A DNA stretch of 64,000 nt from Octopus sinensis (GCF_006345805.1 NC_043010.1:39494001-39558000), one strand, 5' to 3'; counted from the first letter of the stretch, positions 36,936-51,562 are shown. Made by a program: numbers and translations. The notes: a model not told the origin generated them from the sequence alone.

Positions 36936-37335
36936 TCGATCAGGAACTATCAAGCCAATGTGATGAGGAATGGTGTAGACCCAAAGTGCCGATACTGCAA
37001 CGATGGGATAGAAACAGTGAACCACCTAATCTCTGGATGTAAGGTTTTAGCACCTGTAGAGTACAAATCAAGACATGGCAGAGTTGGCCAAAATCTGCAT
37101 TGGATAATATGTCGGCATTGCTACAAGCTCTGGGAACAGTGAGCAAAAATCTCGAGAAGTACGTGGAACAAACAGGGGCTGCAATAAGGGTGGAGCACTT
37201 GCAGAAAATAGCCCTGACTGGAACCGCTCGAATACTCCGGAAGATGCTAAAAAAATAAGAGGTGTTACCTTAGTTCACTGGTAGTGAACAGCTGACACCT
37301 TAGTACATCTCCAGTTTTAGAAACTGTACAAAGGC

Positions 37336-37340
<5 letters not shown>
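36935..37340 (+). mobile_element. 3' fragment of a Dong/R4-type (restriction-like endonuclease) non-LTR retrotransposon inside (TAA)n
   Basis: KCRYCNDGIETVNHLISGC (CCHC) and YKSRHGRVGQNLHW, then after an internal deletion EHLQKIALTGTARILRK*; 3' UTR and (TAA)n on both sides. Confidence 0.85.
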
Positions 37341-37406
<66 letters not shown>

Positions 37407-37471
37407 CAACAACAACAACTACATCGAAAAATACCTCAGGAATGAGAAACTAGGTTTGGAATTTTCCCCAA

Positions 37472-37517
37472 GACACCTGATGAAGGCTGGGGGGTGTATC
37501 AGCCGAAACATTGTGTT
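37472..37517 (+). ncRNA. Minimal hammerhead ribozyme motif (Penelope pseudo-LTR type)
   Basis: GACAC-CTGATGA-A-GGCTG...CAGCC-GAAA-CATT-GTGTT: stem I GACAC/GTGTT, intact core boxes, rudimentary stem III. Confidence 0.65.
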
Positions 37518-38094
37518 AACAACCAACAAGATTTGTATATTTCTGCTCCAGTGCCACATTGATGGCATGCGCTGCTCTTTCACTCAATAATAAACATAAA
37601 ATCACATCTTATAAGATACGCGTCATGATCTATATTTGATTGTTAACCGAAAGGGAGAGAAAATTAATGACGTAGCCTAGATTGGAAAACTAAAATAACC
37701 CATTATTCTACAGCTAATACAAACTCAATATATGCATATGTTCAGGGATGTTGTTCAAACAAGAACTTAATTGTTGGAAAAGAAAAGAAAGCTAAAACGA
37801 AACGAAAGATAAATTTAATTCGAGACGCCACCAACAACATTTTCCTCTTCATAGTAACCTATAAAATATACATTAAGTAAGTGAGAGTATATGAATGCTG
37901 ACAATGACTTTGGACTAAATGCAGAAACGGAATTTCTGATTTTAGCTGCGCTAAATCCATGCCAAGACACACTTGTTCCAAAAATAAATTCTTCACACAA
38001 GTATCTATCTTCGACTTCAAAGGATATAACAAAACATCCGACCAGGTTATTTTTGGTTGTCTTGTCATCATGAAAATAGAATACATTCCCATAT

Positions 38095-38227
38095 TTAGCT
38101 ATGAAGATCGTAGTAACCATTTGGTAATATTTCATCACTCCTAATTGAATGTAATGTTAGAGAATAGAACCACACTCGAGCACTCTGATATATTATAATA
38201 TCATTGTTACGATGTTCTGGGATATGC
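38095..38227 (-). CDS. Candidate terminal coding exon of an unidentified gene
   Basis: Acceptor tcctttttcattttgtacag; the only long open frame is phase 2 (HIPEHRNNDIIIYQSARVWFYSL...DLHS*). No homology recognised. Confidence 0.25.
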
Positions 38228-39555
38228 CTGTACAAAATGAAAAAGGACTCAAAATAGACAATTCGGACACTGTTAACAAAACCTGGAAGAAATAGGATTA
38301 ATATGATAGATATAGCGATCGTATTCAAATGCTGTGGAAAAGTTATCAAAATGGCCGGGTGTTAGTACGGAATTAAATTTGGTATCAATAATGTTTGAAG
38401 TGTGTGATCTTAAAAATAACACGCAAACAAATCATACCAAAGTAGATAGAGTTATATACAGTTCTAAAGAAGGTTGAAGATACAGATAACATATTTTCTG
38501 CAATGCAGTTACCAAAATGCCACACATCACATACTATAAGCAATCTCGTCCCAGTATTTTAAGGTCTATCCACAACAACGAGAGAAATAATGAGATCATA
38601 TAACAAACAACAAAGTAAATATCACGATAATAATTGTATATAATATAAGCCTATTGTTTCTGTGATATTTAAGGCTTAGCATCAAATTGTATGTTAAAAC
38701 CGAAAGACAAACTGAAACACTGATACAGTCGGTGCATTGATTCAGTAGTGAAGTTGATATAAAATTAAAACCAAATCATACATCAGCACTATTTTGAAGA
38801 GAAAACGAGATCAATGATAACATGTACTAATATCAAATTTGATCAAACAATAGAGAAAAGAGGAATTAATGAACAAGACACGCCAGATGGAACACAGACG
38901 GGTTTCAGCAGACAAAAATCACATATTTGGTTGTCAAAGGTCATCAAGTATAAGAAGTTGTTTTCGAGGCGTGCACGCTCCATGGACATCATGGTCAAAT
39001 TTCGCTGAGGTTATTTTTTCTCTATTTGTCATTTGACGAAGAATAAGTATGGAAGAATGAAATGCAAATTTTGCCACAGTTGTATTTGAAGTCACAACAT
39101 AAAGTGCTGTCGATCTATAATAACAAAATTATTTCATCCTTCTTAGTACAGGGACTCTTTCATACATACCTGTTACATACCTGCTACATACAAACATGTG
39201 ACAATATAAAATAGCATACCAGAAATTTTCATCCGTATCAAAAACGAGAATATAGATATTATTTTAAAGAATAAAAGAACATATTAAAACGAGGACCGGA
39301 CCACAAATGTGTAAGAGTTCACTATTTCAGTTCGATCAGGCCTTTGACTAGCACCGATTCAGCACACATGATGGTGTAGAACTATGAAATGAGCCTGTGA
39401 ATTAGAGACACGCGGATCATTATGTCCAAACGATAACCTCCCAACTGTGCATATTTTCTTTTATCACCCGTTGCCGATATTTCGCAAGAAAGCAACAAAA
39501 TAAAGACCAGATGCTATTAGTAATTCACTTCAGTTTGAGCATTGTATTTCTCTGG

Positions 39556-39589
<34 letters not shown>

Positions 39590-40124
39590 TATACATTCAC
39601 ATATATGTATGTGTGTGTGTGTGTGCATGTGCGTGTGTGTGAGGGGGTTGCATTAAGTATGTCGGGAAAGGCCTGACTGGAGGATTAGTCTTCCGAGTTC
39701 TTTGTATAGGGCTTAGAAAAACTGAAAAACCCTTGCAGATACTCCTGTGTTATATTTTACCCAATGCAAGGAAATATTCAACTCTCATAATTAAAGTTGA
39801 AATATATATAGAGAGAGAGGTAAATGTATATATTGGAATTTGATTATTGGCATGTGAGTTCATCCGATTCCCGCGTTGAGTTCCTTTGTCTGATGGAAGC
39901 GTCTTGTAAAGAGTCAGTATTTTATGCCATGCAGCTGTCACACCTTCTAGTCACACTAGATTTCATTGATGTCCAGAAATTTCCAACATCAATAATATAG
40001 GATAAAATAGTTTACGTTGCCCTTCAATTTCTCAGTCACAAAAATATTGCGTCTGGTTGCTGTTGAGGTTCCTACTAACAAAGCTGTTGACTAATGTGTT
40101 ATTAGAAATGTTCTAAAGATATTC

Positions 40125-40705
40125 TTTTCTGCTCTCGGCAAAATGCCCGAGTTTTGGGGGGAGGGGCACCAGTCGATTATATCGGCCCCAGTACGCAACT
40201 AATACTTAATTTATCGACCACGAAAGGATGAAAGGCAAAGTCTACCTTGGCAGAATTTGAACTCAGAACGTAAAGACAGACGAAATACCTATCTCTTTAC
40301 TACCCACAAGGAGCTAAGCACAGGGAGGACAAACAAGGACAGACATACGGATTAAGTCAATAATATTGACCCCAGTGCATAACTGGTACTTAATTTATCG
40401 ACCCCGAAAGTGTGATAGGGTAAGTGGACCTAGGCGGAATTTGAACTCAGAACGTAGCGGCAGACGAAATACCTATTTCTTTACTACCCACAAGGGGCTA
40501 AACACAGAGAGGACAAAAAGGAGAAAGATACGGATTAAGTCAATTATATCGACCCCAGTGCGTAACTGGTACTTAATTTATCGACCCCGAAAGGATGAAA
40601 GGCAAAGTTGACCTCAGCGGAATTTGAACTCAGAGCCTAACGGCAGACGAAATACGGCTACGCATTTCGCCCGGCGTGCTAACGTTTCTGCCAGCTCGCC
40701 GCCTT
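40125..40705 (-). mobile_element. MetaSINE-type SINE with three tandem roughly 175-bp internal units and a TSD
   Basis: Cores near 40235, 40420 and 40600; head ttctgccagctcgccgcctt. Flanks aatgttctaaagatat and aatgttccaagaatat. Confidence 0.88.
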
Positions 40706-42905
40706 AATGTTCCAAGAATATAGTTTCCTAGAGGACAGTCATATTGACGCACAAAATATATTATCTTAAATATTAAAGTGGCGAATCTCTCTACTTGTGT
40801 AGGACTTCCATTTTAGAATGTTTTTAGAGGACATACAAAATTCTTCCCAGTATATTTGATGTAGAAAGCTAACTGTTTGCAATAGCTGAAGAAAGAAGCA
40901 CTGGAAATGCCAGTACGTGGATGGTGCATGTAAGAATGACGCAGAGGGGAGAGAAAGAGAAAAACGAGCATCTGGCTCAACTGTATAAATATACTTGTAA
41001 GGTTGATGGCCTACAGATTTAGGGATATATCTGGAAGAAACGAATAAGCTACAATAATCTCAGTATCAATATAGAAATCTTCAGTGTAGGTCACTTTAAA
41101 ATGGTAGCAGTAAGGAGAGAAAGCTAATAAAATATGAAGAGAGAATGTTTGAAAATCGTTGTCTGTCTGAAAGCGACCTTAAGAGCGGTTAGCACGAAAT
41201 GATAATCATGTACCATTTTTTTATTTATAAATCCGAGCCATTTGCGACACCGGAACAGTATTCGTGTTTTTAATAATAAGCAAAAAAGAAATATTTCGAT
41301 TGTAGGTAGCTGAATATATAAATGTATTCCTATGACTTTTTGCGCAGTATGTGTATTTCAATGTTCTTTTTTTACCTCCTCTTATGCATACAATGTTATG
41401 CAATATATGAATGAGCAGTAATTGGACGGGTTTCGGAACTAAACACAGAACTTGTGAAATCAATACTTCATGACAACACATATTTATAAGAATCAATGTT
41501 CATATAAAACGAAAAACCTGAATCCGTATCCATATCTGCACACACATACTATGCTTACATTTGTTGTCAGAAAATATTGCACACCATATAGAAATTTTTC
41601 CCATTTTGTACGCATTGAATTTTGAAATATTGGCTGCGGCGACGTTGCTTTTCATCCGTGCGTAGTCGATTAAATAATAGCATTCAGCTGGAGTTAATTT
41701 TAGCAACATATACCTATACGTTGAGAAACTTCATTTCGTTGTAGGTTGAATTAAATATTTAGCATAGAGATGTGGTAGCGGAATATTTAGAAACACAAAA
41801 GAAATCGAATCAGTTACATGGTTTTATTCTCAGCTTGTTAAGTAATGCATTTTGTTAACGACAAAAATATAGCCAAAGAAGAGAGAAACGTCGCATTCTA
41901 GTACTTCTACGTCCACTCTATAAATATGTTGCCATGCAAAAGATCAGAAATACTCGCCAAAACAATATTGAACTTAATGTGTCTCTTGATATTTTTTTGT
42001 GTCTAATTAATGGCACAGCAAATTTTCTGGAACAAGTAATTTGGTTTTGAAAGCAGCTAGGTATAATTATTAATAAATAATACGAATGCAATAAATTCAT
42101 ATATTATCTGTATCAATTTCTGAACGCCATTGAAATCAAAGTAGATCAATAAGCTCTAACGGCTGGTCTAATCAAATCATAAAAGGAAGAAGATTAAGAT
42201 TTTGTTTGCTAGAGGAAGGGGAGAGTGTAGATATAATAAAATATAATAAATCGCCATATTTCGTGTCGAGCCACTGGGTTCTACGATTAAAAGGAGCCAA
42301 TTGTTGATGTTACGTTTTGTTCATATGAAATTCGATACAAAATGTGTTCAAATAATGGTGTTGAGAGGCCGAAATCCGCTAGGCTGCTTCTCTATACCGA
42401 TCAGCACATTCAATGGAATAATGCCAGAGAAATCAGGTCAAATAAATCTATCACAGTAAATCTTCAAAAGAATGAAGCTCGACACTGATCAGTTACTGAA
42501 TTCTATCAATCCATATGAAAGACTGTTAAATTTACTTACTAAACAATTAAAGCAGAGTAATAGAATCCACAGGACTTAAGAATTTGAACCCACGAGTACG
42601 CAGGAGCGGGTACTATTTCCTTTGGCTTTTGCCCTGGAAGCAGAAAAGCGGGCAGCCACATGGTTTTGTGTTTATGGCTCGCAAATTGGCAAAGGCATTG
42701 TTATTTACAGGCAAAACTACAATACAATGTAGCCATTAGTCCTTACGTCTACCAGGTATATCGTCAAACGAGGCTCCGGCTTAAATGTCATTGTACGTTG
42801 GGCTGGTTAAACATTTAAGTTTATTAATATACTCACCTTTGCTTGTCTGATCCGTTAGTATTTCTTGCCTTATTTGAATTTCTTTTTTTTTTCTTTCTTT
42901 CTTTC

Positions 42906-42938
<33 letters not shown>

Positions 42939-42990
42939 GTCTACCTGTCTACCTGTCTGTCTATCTACCAGTCTATCTGTCTATCTATCA

Positions 42991-43083
<93 letters not shown>

Positions 43084-43326
43084 GCTAGCTAGCTAGGTAG
43101 CTAGCTAGCTAGCTAGCTAGCTATCTATTTATCTATCCATCTATCTATCTCTCTATCTGTTTGCCTGTCTGTCTCTCTCTCTTTGTTTGTCTCTCTCTTT
43201 ATCTATCTCTTTATCTAGTTATCTGTATATGTGTATATCTGTATATAACGTGTGTGTGGGTGTATTTGTATATAATGCATATATATATATACATATACAT
43301 ATATATTCAGATACACCCACACGTAC

Positions 43327-43421
<95 letters not shown>

Positions 43422-44276
43422 ATATATATTTATATATATACTCACACATCCACACATATGTGTTACTCATGATGTGTACATGTGTGTCATTAATATAAAG
43501 GTTTAACAATTAAATTTATACTTCAAACTTAGACGGTAAACAATATGGTGTGTATACTAAAAGAGAAGGGCCCAGGATTATAATTACGAAGTCATCAAAT
43601 ATATAGCTGTTTTACTATCAGTCAAAGAGAGATGCAAATGGTTTCTGAAGAACCTTCAAATGATTTCGGGGTCTAAAATTGAACTATAAATTAAATTGAT
43701 AAATTAAACTAGATTTTCCCATTGTATAGTCATAAGATCTATCTTTGTTGGTTTATTGCCGGTTTTAGATCCTGGCCTCCTAATGCTGCTATAAATTTGA
43801 TTGTTGATCCATTACATGTTGTATATGCACATGTCGACTCTTTCAAGTCTTACTAATTTAAATATTTATCTAATGACCTTGTGTTGTATATTGTAATGTA
43901 ATCCTTTACGACTGCGTAATTACAACTTTGCCGAAACACTTGTAAATTTTAAACGCCGTTCGCGTTTACAATTTTATACGTATGCCACACCAAGTATCCC
44001 CTCATGAGTGAAATCTATGATTAGAAATTCTATTTGGTAATTGCATATCTTCGGTATCCTTAGCTTTTGCAGTTCTCCTCAGCTGTTAGTGGCCAAAAAT
44101 AATCACGATTTTGCGCTATTGTCGATAAGATTATTCACTTTAGTGCGACAAAAGCAAATACTGTTTCGACATGTGAGCATTCGTGAAGGACGTTGAAGGA
44201 AACGACGAATAAAGACAAGAAATAAGGGAGTGGATTTGGTAGACGGAAACTGAAAGAATCCAGTCGTCTATATATA

Positions 44277-44313
<37 letters not shown>

Positions 44314-45154
44314 GCCTTTTGGCTATTTGACATCATAAGCCATGAAGAAATCATGCTAAAGAACAAATATTCTACAGAACTTGTAAAGTAGAGAGATAGA
44401 AAGAGAGAGTAATAGAACGAAAGATTATGACAAACCCCTGACTGAAATTGAATGCTCAATGGAGCATGACCGAACAGGTCAGGGGACCAGCAGGAAAAGG
44501 TTAGGTGAAATAGCAATCTTGATGGTCATGTGGTGCCTAAAAGCGAGGGCTAGAGAGAAAAGGGTAAGTGAAGAGTAGAGAAAAACAGAGAGTGGTAGAG
44601 AGGGAAGGGTCGTGAATAAAGGAGGGCGAATAAGGGAGGAAGAAACGAGGTTTCTGGTAGAAGTTAAAGAGAAACAGACGTGAAAGAAGAGCGAGTGGGG
44701 GGAGAAGGAGAGAGAGGATAATAGAAAGGCAGTAAACAGTCGACGGATTTGGATGGAAGAAGAAAAAGACAAAAAATTAAGAGAGAAAGGTGCTCTTATA
44801 AAGAAGGAAATATAGATGGAGACAGAAGTAATTGTAAAGTGAAAGAAAGGGAATAAAAGAGGGGTACGAAGTATAATAGACAGTTAAGAATGAAGAATGG
44901 ATTAGACAGAAAAAGCAACAGGAAAGTAAAGTAATGTGACAAGAAGGAGAGACAAAACTGTGAGACGGAAAGAGAGAGAGAGAGAGGGGCGGGGAAAAAG
45001 AGAAATAGACAAAAGATAGAGAGACTTCACACTTAATATTACTCGCTTAATGTGGTGCCACTGAGAGTGGGAGCAAAAAGGAAGATAGGCAACGTTACGA
45101 TAAATAATAACAGTAAAACTTCCATACATATATGTATGTGTAAGTTTCACTTAC

Positions 45155-45340
45155 ATGTTTCTAAAATTGTCTCCAGCCATTCTTAATTCCTTCAAATGTC
45201 CAGCTTTATAAATCCAACCGTCTATTATCTGACATTGTACGAAACGTAAATAACTCCGCCAGCTCAATTTACGTGGTGTGCCATTGAGCTGAGTATAAAA
45301 ATTTGCAGCAAAAATTGTACCTGCTAGTTCAATTCCGACT
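45155..45340 (-). CDS. Candidate internal coding exon (186 nt, phase 2-2), product unknown
   Basis: Acceptor ttctctgttaatag, donor AT|gtaagt, one open frame VGIELAGTIFAANFYTQLNGTPRKLSWRSYLRFVQCQIIDGWIYKAGHLKELRMAGDNFRN. Confidence 0.35.
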
Positions 45341-46527
45341 CTATTAACAGAGAATATCATTGATAGATTTACCAAATGTAGAAATTCCCTCGTAAAAATG
45401 GACCACTTGAATTATAATGAAAATGTTCGACGCAACATGAAAACAAGCTATAAAACATGATATATATAAACAATTAATTTGAAAGAATTTGACAACGGAT
45501 GGTCTTTGTTACAGTTTGGTGCTTAAGATCGAAGATTATAAGTTGGGAGTTCGACTGTACAAGTTTCATTAATTTGCTCGATGAACATAGATATTCTTTC
45601 CATCCTTATGCATGAAAAACAAGAGGTTTTTACCCAACGATTACTATTCCCTGAATACTGAAACATAAATGCAGTCTGTCTTTTACAACGGCACAACTAG
45701 CAAGCACTAAATATGACTGTCAACGACGAGTATTTGTTATCATCCCATCATAGTTAAAACTTATAGATTTAATATGACATGAGTGAAGTATATGAGATAC
45801 TTTAATGACAAAATATCAGTTTTTAGTTATACGAATTCGAAGATTGCATGTCATGCCTGTAACACGGATGCGCTATCTGACTCCATTTAATACTTACTGA
45901 ATACAGTTTATGAAATGTGTCTACTTTCGCTATGCCAGAATAGAATAGAAATTTATTCTCAATATGGTTTCTCCCTATTTTTTTTTCTCTGATTTTGCTT
46001 TTCTTATTTTTAAATATTGTCAAAGAAGGATAATAAACTGTTGCGCAAGTGAATAATGCGAGCGTTAGATAAAGCAGTAGTGTCACACGGTGAAGCGTTT
46101 AAACATCGTGAGATTATGAGAAGTCATATAAAAAGAAATGAAGTTGCAGGAAATAAAACACTACTTGATCACGAGTGTTTAATAATTGCTCTTCTCAAAC
46201 TCATACATTCTAGATCGAGCGTTCATAAATATTTTTTTTATATCACACTCTCACAGAGCTATGCCATAAAACGAGGAAAAATAGCTATTCAGTATTGCCA
46301 GAAGACCTACAATGTAAAACAATAAAGTCGTCATAAGCGATGTGGTTCGCATAAAATTCACAGAAATATCTTATTAACCCTGAATTAGTATCACGTAAAA
46401 GTTTATGGAAAGTAATTTTCTTTCTTGTATCTTCTGTCAGCTAAATATTAATGACACTTTGACTCCTAATAACAAGGATATATAAGTAGTTGAAGGCAAT
46501 TAGAAATTACATGAAATAATTATTATG

Positions 46528-46567
<40 letters not shown>

Positions 46568-48516
46568 GTCACAATGCGAGCGACATTATTACAAAACTAG
46601 AAACTATGTAAAGCAGATTTAAAGAGTTCTTCTCCACGCTTACTAATTAGATATGTAAATGTTGATCAATATTATTTTGGGTTACGTTCCTTTCCATATA
46701 GAAAAACGGGGTTTGTAGCAACCACGTTACCTTCTATTGTTGTTCCTTTCTTCCCTGTTATCCTACCCGAGCAAGATAGGATAACATCATAAAATATGAA
46801 AATACTTTTGGGCCCTCTTGCTAACATAATTAAAGTTTATGTTGCAACTGACCTCCGAGGTTGTTTATCAATCAATCACAGCTACTTGGGATTCACAGTA
46901 CGGGTTCTATAATTCATCGTTTCGATCGCTGAGTACAATACGTAGCTCACGAGAGCTCCCTTCGACTGATTTTCCCCGAGTTACCATCTCACACTTGCAC
47001 GCCAGTTCATTGTAAGGTTATCCAATTACAACGTGTTTTATTCAAGAACTCAACGCACAACCGGTCAGGAAATTGAACCCATGATCTCGCGACCGCGGAT
47101 AGAACATCTGAATCATTAAACCATATGCGTTCAATTAGATGATGAGTGAACTGTTACTACCCTGTAGGGTGGGACAGAATCCAAGTTTCTGACTTTATAT
47201 TGCGACCTGTGGGCATGATCTGGTGTCCTCGGCTGTTGTGCCGACTGCATTTTTTACTTCGTGATTTTGGCCACCTTACACAAGCTCAAGTGTGTAATCA
47301 CATTATTCCTAATTGTCTCATCTCATTATCTCTAAGATCTGTTGCTCAGATGTAACGCGGTGAAAATTTTTGATATGAATTATATTTAGCCGTTCTTATA
47401 TTTAGAAAATTAACGTGACATATAACGATTTCACGTTTGGACACAATAACACACGTAGTTGGAGAATTGTTACAAGTGATAAAATTGTTTTCAGTACTTA
47501 TGTGGCTCAGCCAATTCTGGTGATCTGTCAGTCTAATACTCATTTGTAACGGAAGAACTATTGTGAGACAAGAGATCTAAGTTCAGAATTTTTGGGGTCG
47601 TTGAATCAGAAATGAAACTACTTACGGGGCAACGTCTTGATGTCAATAAAGTTATTAAATATCTATTATTGTCGGTGGAACTGCAGAATCAGTGGAGCAA
47701 CGAGTAAAGTAGATTGTGTTAATTAACTTATATTGTCAATTTAAATCTAACGCAACTTGATTTTAAATTTTATCCGTGAAGTGCGTAAAAATAAGTATCA
47801 CTGGAGTAGTGGCCTCAATACTTACACTTGCTCGTCTTCCTAAAAATGTATTACATATCTACATATATACTTGTGCTTGTGGCTGCATTCACCCGGGTTG
47901 GGTTTGAGTTGCCTCCAACTAACGAGTTCACCACATCCCTAACAAATGCCTATTACATCCGATGATCGGTCCTACTTCCAGGAAACAAACTAATGCTTCT
48001 GCCTGCGACCTAAAATCGAGCTTGCGAGTTTGAAAAATGCCCTAGTAGGAGAGCAAGCGCGTCGGATAATGTGTATGGCGTAGCCTTATTCGTCATTCAT
48101 TGTTAAGTGTTGAGTTTATATTCAGAGTTTCAGTTGGAATACAAGTTCACATGCGGTGCCCGGTCAAATGTATACATACTTTGGGATATTGTGATCCGTA
48201 GCAGCTCATCTTGCCATCAATTGTCGACCATTGAAGAGTATTCGCTGACCGATTATCGGAGCAGAGTTTTAAAAGGGATGGTAAATATGCTAGTTGACCC
48301 ATAATCGGAACCCTAATAGCTGCTACTATTCCGAGTCCGAGTAGATCTGAGAAAAATAGAGACCAGGAAGATGGTTCCCTTCTCCTCAATATCCTGGAAC
48401 GCCTGTATGAAGGCTTCACTACCGGATACAGTTAAAAGTCTCACCCAGGACATCAATGAAATAGATTAGAGGCGAAGTGGTTAATAAAATTCTACTGTGA
48501 CTAATTTGAGTCTTAC

Positions 48517-48710
48517 TGCTCAACAGATTGCAACTGAAGTTGAAAGCACTTCCCTGAGATTAAAACAAAAGACACAAGAATGTATTGCTTGTGTTTGCTG
48601 GAGCTGATAAACAGCATATAAACTGACACACTCTCACCTTTTAGAAAGGAGGTTGATACTGGATAAAGAAGACATAGATAATTCGATACACAAATCCCCA
48701 ATAGCTGGTG
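48517..48710 (-). CDS. Two candidate small exons (48638-48710 and 48517-48553) separated by an 84-nt intron
   Basis: Donor AAAG|gtgaga, acceptor tcttttgttttaatctcag, donor GCA|gtaaga. The joined frame reads HQLLGICVSNYLCLLYPVSTSFLKGKCFQLQLQSVEQ. No start codon located. Confidence 0.3.
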
Positions 48711-49403
48711 CTATAATAAGAATTCTGATATCTATGCCTGAAATGTATTGTCCTGGGATTAAACAACTTGTCAACCAAGAAGAAATTCATATCTTATTTC
48801 AAATAATTTATAACAGACCATATGTATTTTCAAACTTTCGCCAAGGGGTTCGTCTCTTTCAATTGTGTTTACTATCAATTCATATGATAAATAATTTACT
48901 TTTATCATTTTTATTTCGAATATCACTTGTACATGAATTTCTACTTCATACATCCGTTCCTTTCTTAAGCTGTTGAACATCTCATGGGACTTAAGGATTT
49001 CCATATATTAACGATTTTTCTTTCCATCGTAATGAACACACAGCATAAAACAAAAAATGTGTACACTTCCTTGATTGATTTTCTATGGTTTTATAGTGAT
49101 TTAGTTTTACGAATTGGAAAAAGGAAATGCAAGAATTTGATTGATGGATGTTTTAATATTGAGTATGATTTCCTCTTGAAATCGATATTTTAGAGTTTGT
49201 AAATGGGAAAAAATGTTACGTTTCTCTCATGAATACTTCAATTGTATAATTGGGTGTATAATAAATATGAGACACAGGGGAACGCATTTTCAACACTTTT
49301 TCAAACCAGCAAAATAATCCCCGCATTTAGAGTGCTGCCATTGCATATACAGATGGCTATATAATCCATGCCGTGATATATAATAGGATGTGTGTCAGTC
49401 TAC

Positions 49404-49437
49404 ATTATATATTATATATATTATTATTATTATTTTG

Positions 49438-49475
<38 letters not shown>

Positions 49476-49480
49476 CATTT

Positions 49481-49513
<33 letters not shown>

Positions 49514-49597
49514 TTATTATTTGATTATTATTATTACTATTCTTCTTCTTATTATTATTATGATTATTATTGTTATTATTAGTATTATTATTATTAC

Positions 49598-49642
<45 letters not shown>

Positions 49643-50221
49643 CATCATCATTATCAACCACCTCGAAAGCCTGAAAGCCAAAGTCGATTTCGGTGGAAAT
49701 TGAACTTGCTAAACATTCTGCTAGCTCGATGTGTAAATTTATAAGTACCAATGTATCTGCGTACTACATCTTCTAATAGGTATTTCGAAGGTCAGAAATT
49801 TGGTTGAACAGATGATTTATCGACGACAAGGTCATCCCTATTTTATTGACACTGTGTTTTACTGCGTCCTTAAATGCGAAATTCTAAGATTAAAACCAGT
49901 CAATATATTCTTCCTTGAAGAGGTCTAATAAAGAAGCTATACGAACGTTAATTTCACAACTATACCTTATACACAAGATCTTACACTTGGCCTTTGTATT
50001 CCAAAATTCTGAGTAGCTGTTTATATTCAAGTAATCACTGTTTATATTCAAGTAATCGCCTGCTGTTTTCTAAATACATCTGGCATCAGTATTTGTCTCC
50101 TAATAGCAGCAATAATTTCACTTAATTGAAGTATTTCAACACACTCTGCGTTGACCCTATGACGAACGCTTCCCTGAAGTAATTTCACTGAGCCTATTGT
50201 TAATAACTAAGTATATCTAAG

Positions 50222-50297
<76 letters not shown>

Positions 50298-50329
50298 TTA
50301 TTATATGTATATATATATTATATAATATA

Positions 50330-50369
<40 letters not shown>

Positions 50370-50513
50370 TATATGTATATATTATATATATATATATATA
50401 TATTATATATGTATATATATATATTATATATATTATATATAATATATAATATTATATATATATATTATATATATATTATATATTATATATATATATATAT
50501 TATATATATATGT

Positions 50514-50545
<32 letters not shown>

Positions 50546-50575
50546 ATATATGTAATTTATTATATATATATATAT

Positions 50576-50623
<48 letters not shown>

Positions 50624-50723
50624 GTAATTTATTTATATATATATATATTATATATATTTATATAAATATCTACACAAATACATATACACAGAGGCATGTA
50701 CACATCGGTTCATATACTCCAAC

Positions 50724-50756
<33 letters not shown>

Positions 50757-50780
50757 TATAGTTATATATATATATATTAT
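49404..50780. repeat. Representative long microsatellite fields: (ATT)n at 49404-49655 and (TA)n at 50220-50780
   Basis: Directly visible. Similar (TA)n, (CA)n, (GATA)n, (TAA)n and (TTC)n tracts occur throughout and explain most IY-, TH- and LSIY-rich ORFs. Confidence 0.95.
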
Positions 50781-51562
50781 ATATAATACATATATATATA
50801 TATATGTGTATGTGTAGATATGTATAAATTCTCTGTGAAATGATAAATTGCAGATCTCAAAGCATAAGTGGTCTCTATGTGTATAAGAGTGTGCATGTGT
50901 TGTATATGCACACACAGATACGCACGTACACACACACACATACACACACAAATACACGTAAATGCGTGAGTGTATGTAAAATGGTATGTACGCATATGTG
51001 TATGAATTTATGTAGCTATGTATCTCTGTAAGTATGTACAATATTCGTAACTACGCCGCAAAAACACAAACACATTAACGTTAAATAAAATGGTGCAGTG
51101 GAATAAATAGACAACAGCTGTCTATTTGTAAACGAAGAAATCACATACTCAGCTGTAATAATACAGATTCTACAATGAACATAAGGCTGTTCACGAGCGG
51201 CGATGTGGGAAAAGCCGAATGCTAATGTAGCATAAGGAAAAATTGATATGGTTGAATTTAAAGGGGAAACATAATGATACAGGGATAGTTTAAAATTGTT
51301 TTTATGCTTCATTACATTATATGCGCACAATTGATCGGTAAGGTCAGATGAGATTATTAAGCTGATGGAAATAATATTTAGTGACGAAGGCTTACTACAA
51401 CAAATTGTATGTAATTATAAACTAATGTAGCTGAATATTAGAATGAAGTTTGTGCAGCAAATGTCGTCAGTATTTGTCAGTGGCTTGAAGTCAATAAGGC
51501 AGCAAATTAATTTTTGTTTTTAAATATATAGTTACACGTTTATATTGGCATCTATCTATCTG

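Noticed and set aside
43500-44220. Possible minus-strand Penelope 5' or terminal remnant
   Set aside because: Only vague similarity (aaacagctat motif, short broken frame); not enough to call.
44434-44486. CCCCTGAC...GTCAGGGG hairpin with inner ATGCTC/GAGCAT stem as a ribozyme
   Set aside because: The structure is real but the core is not CUGANGA/GAAA. Probably part of an unclassified repeat.
47930-48450. GC-richer block that might be a decayed transposase or exon
   Set aside because: No motif recognised in the frames I checked; needs BLASTX.
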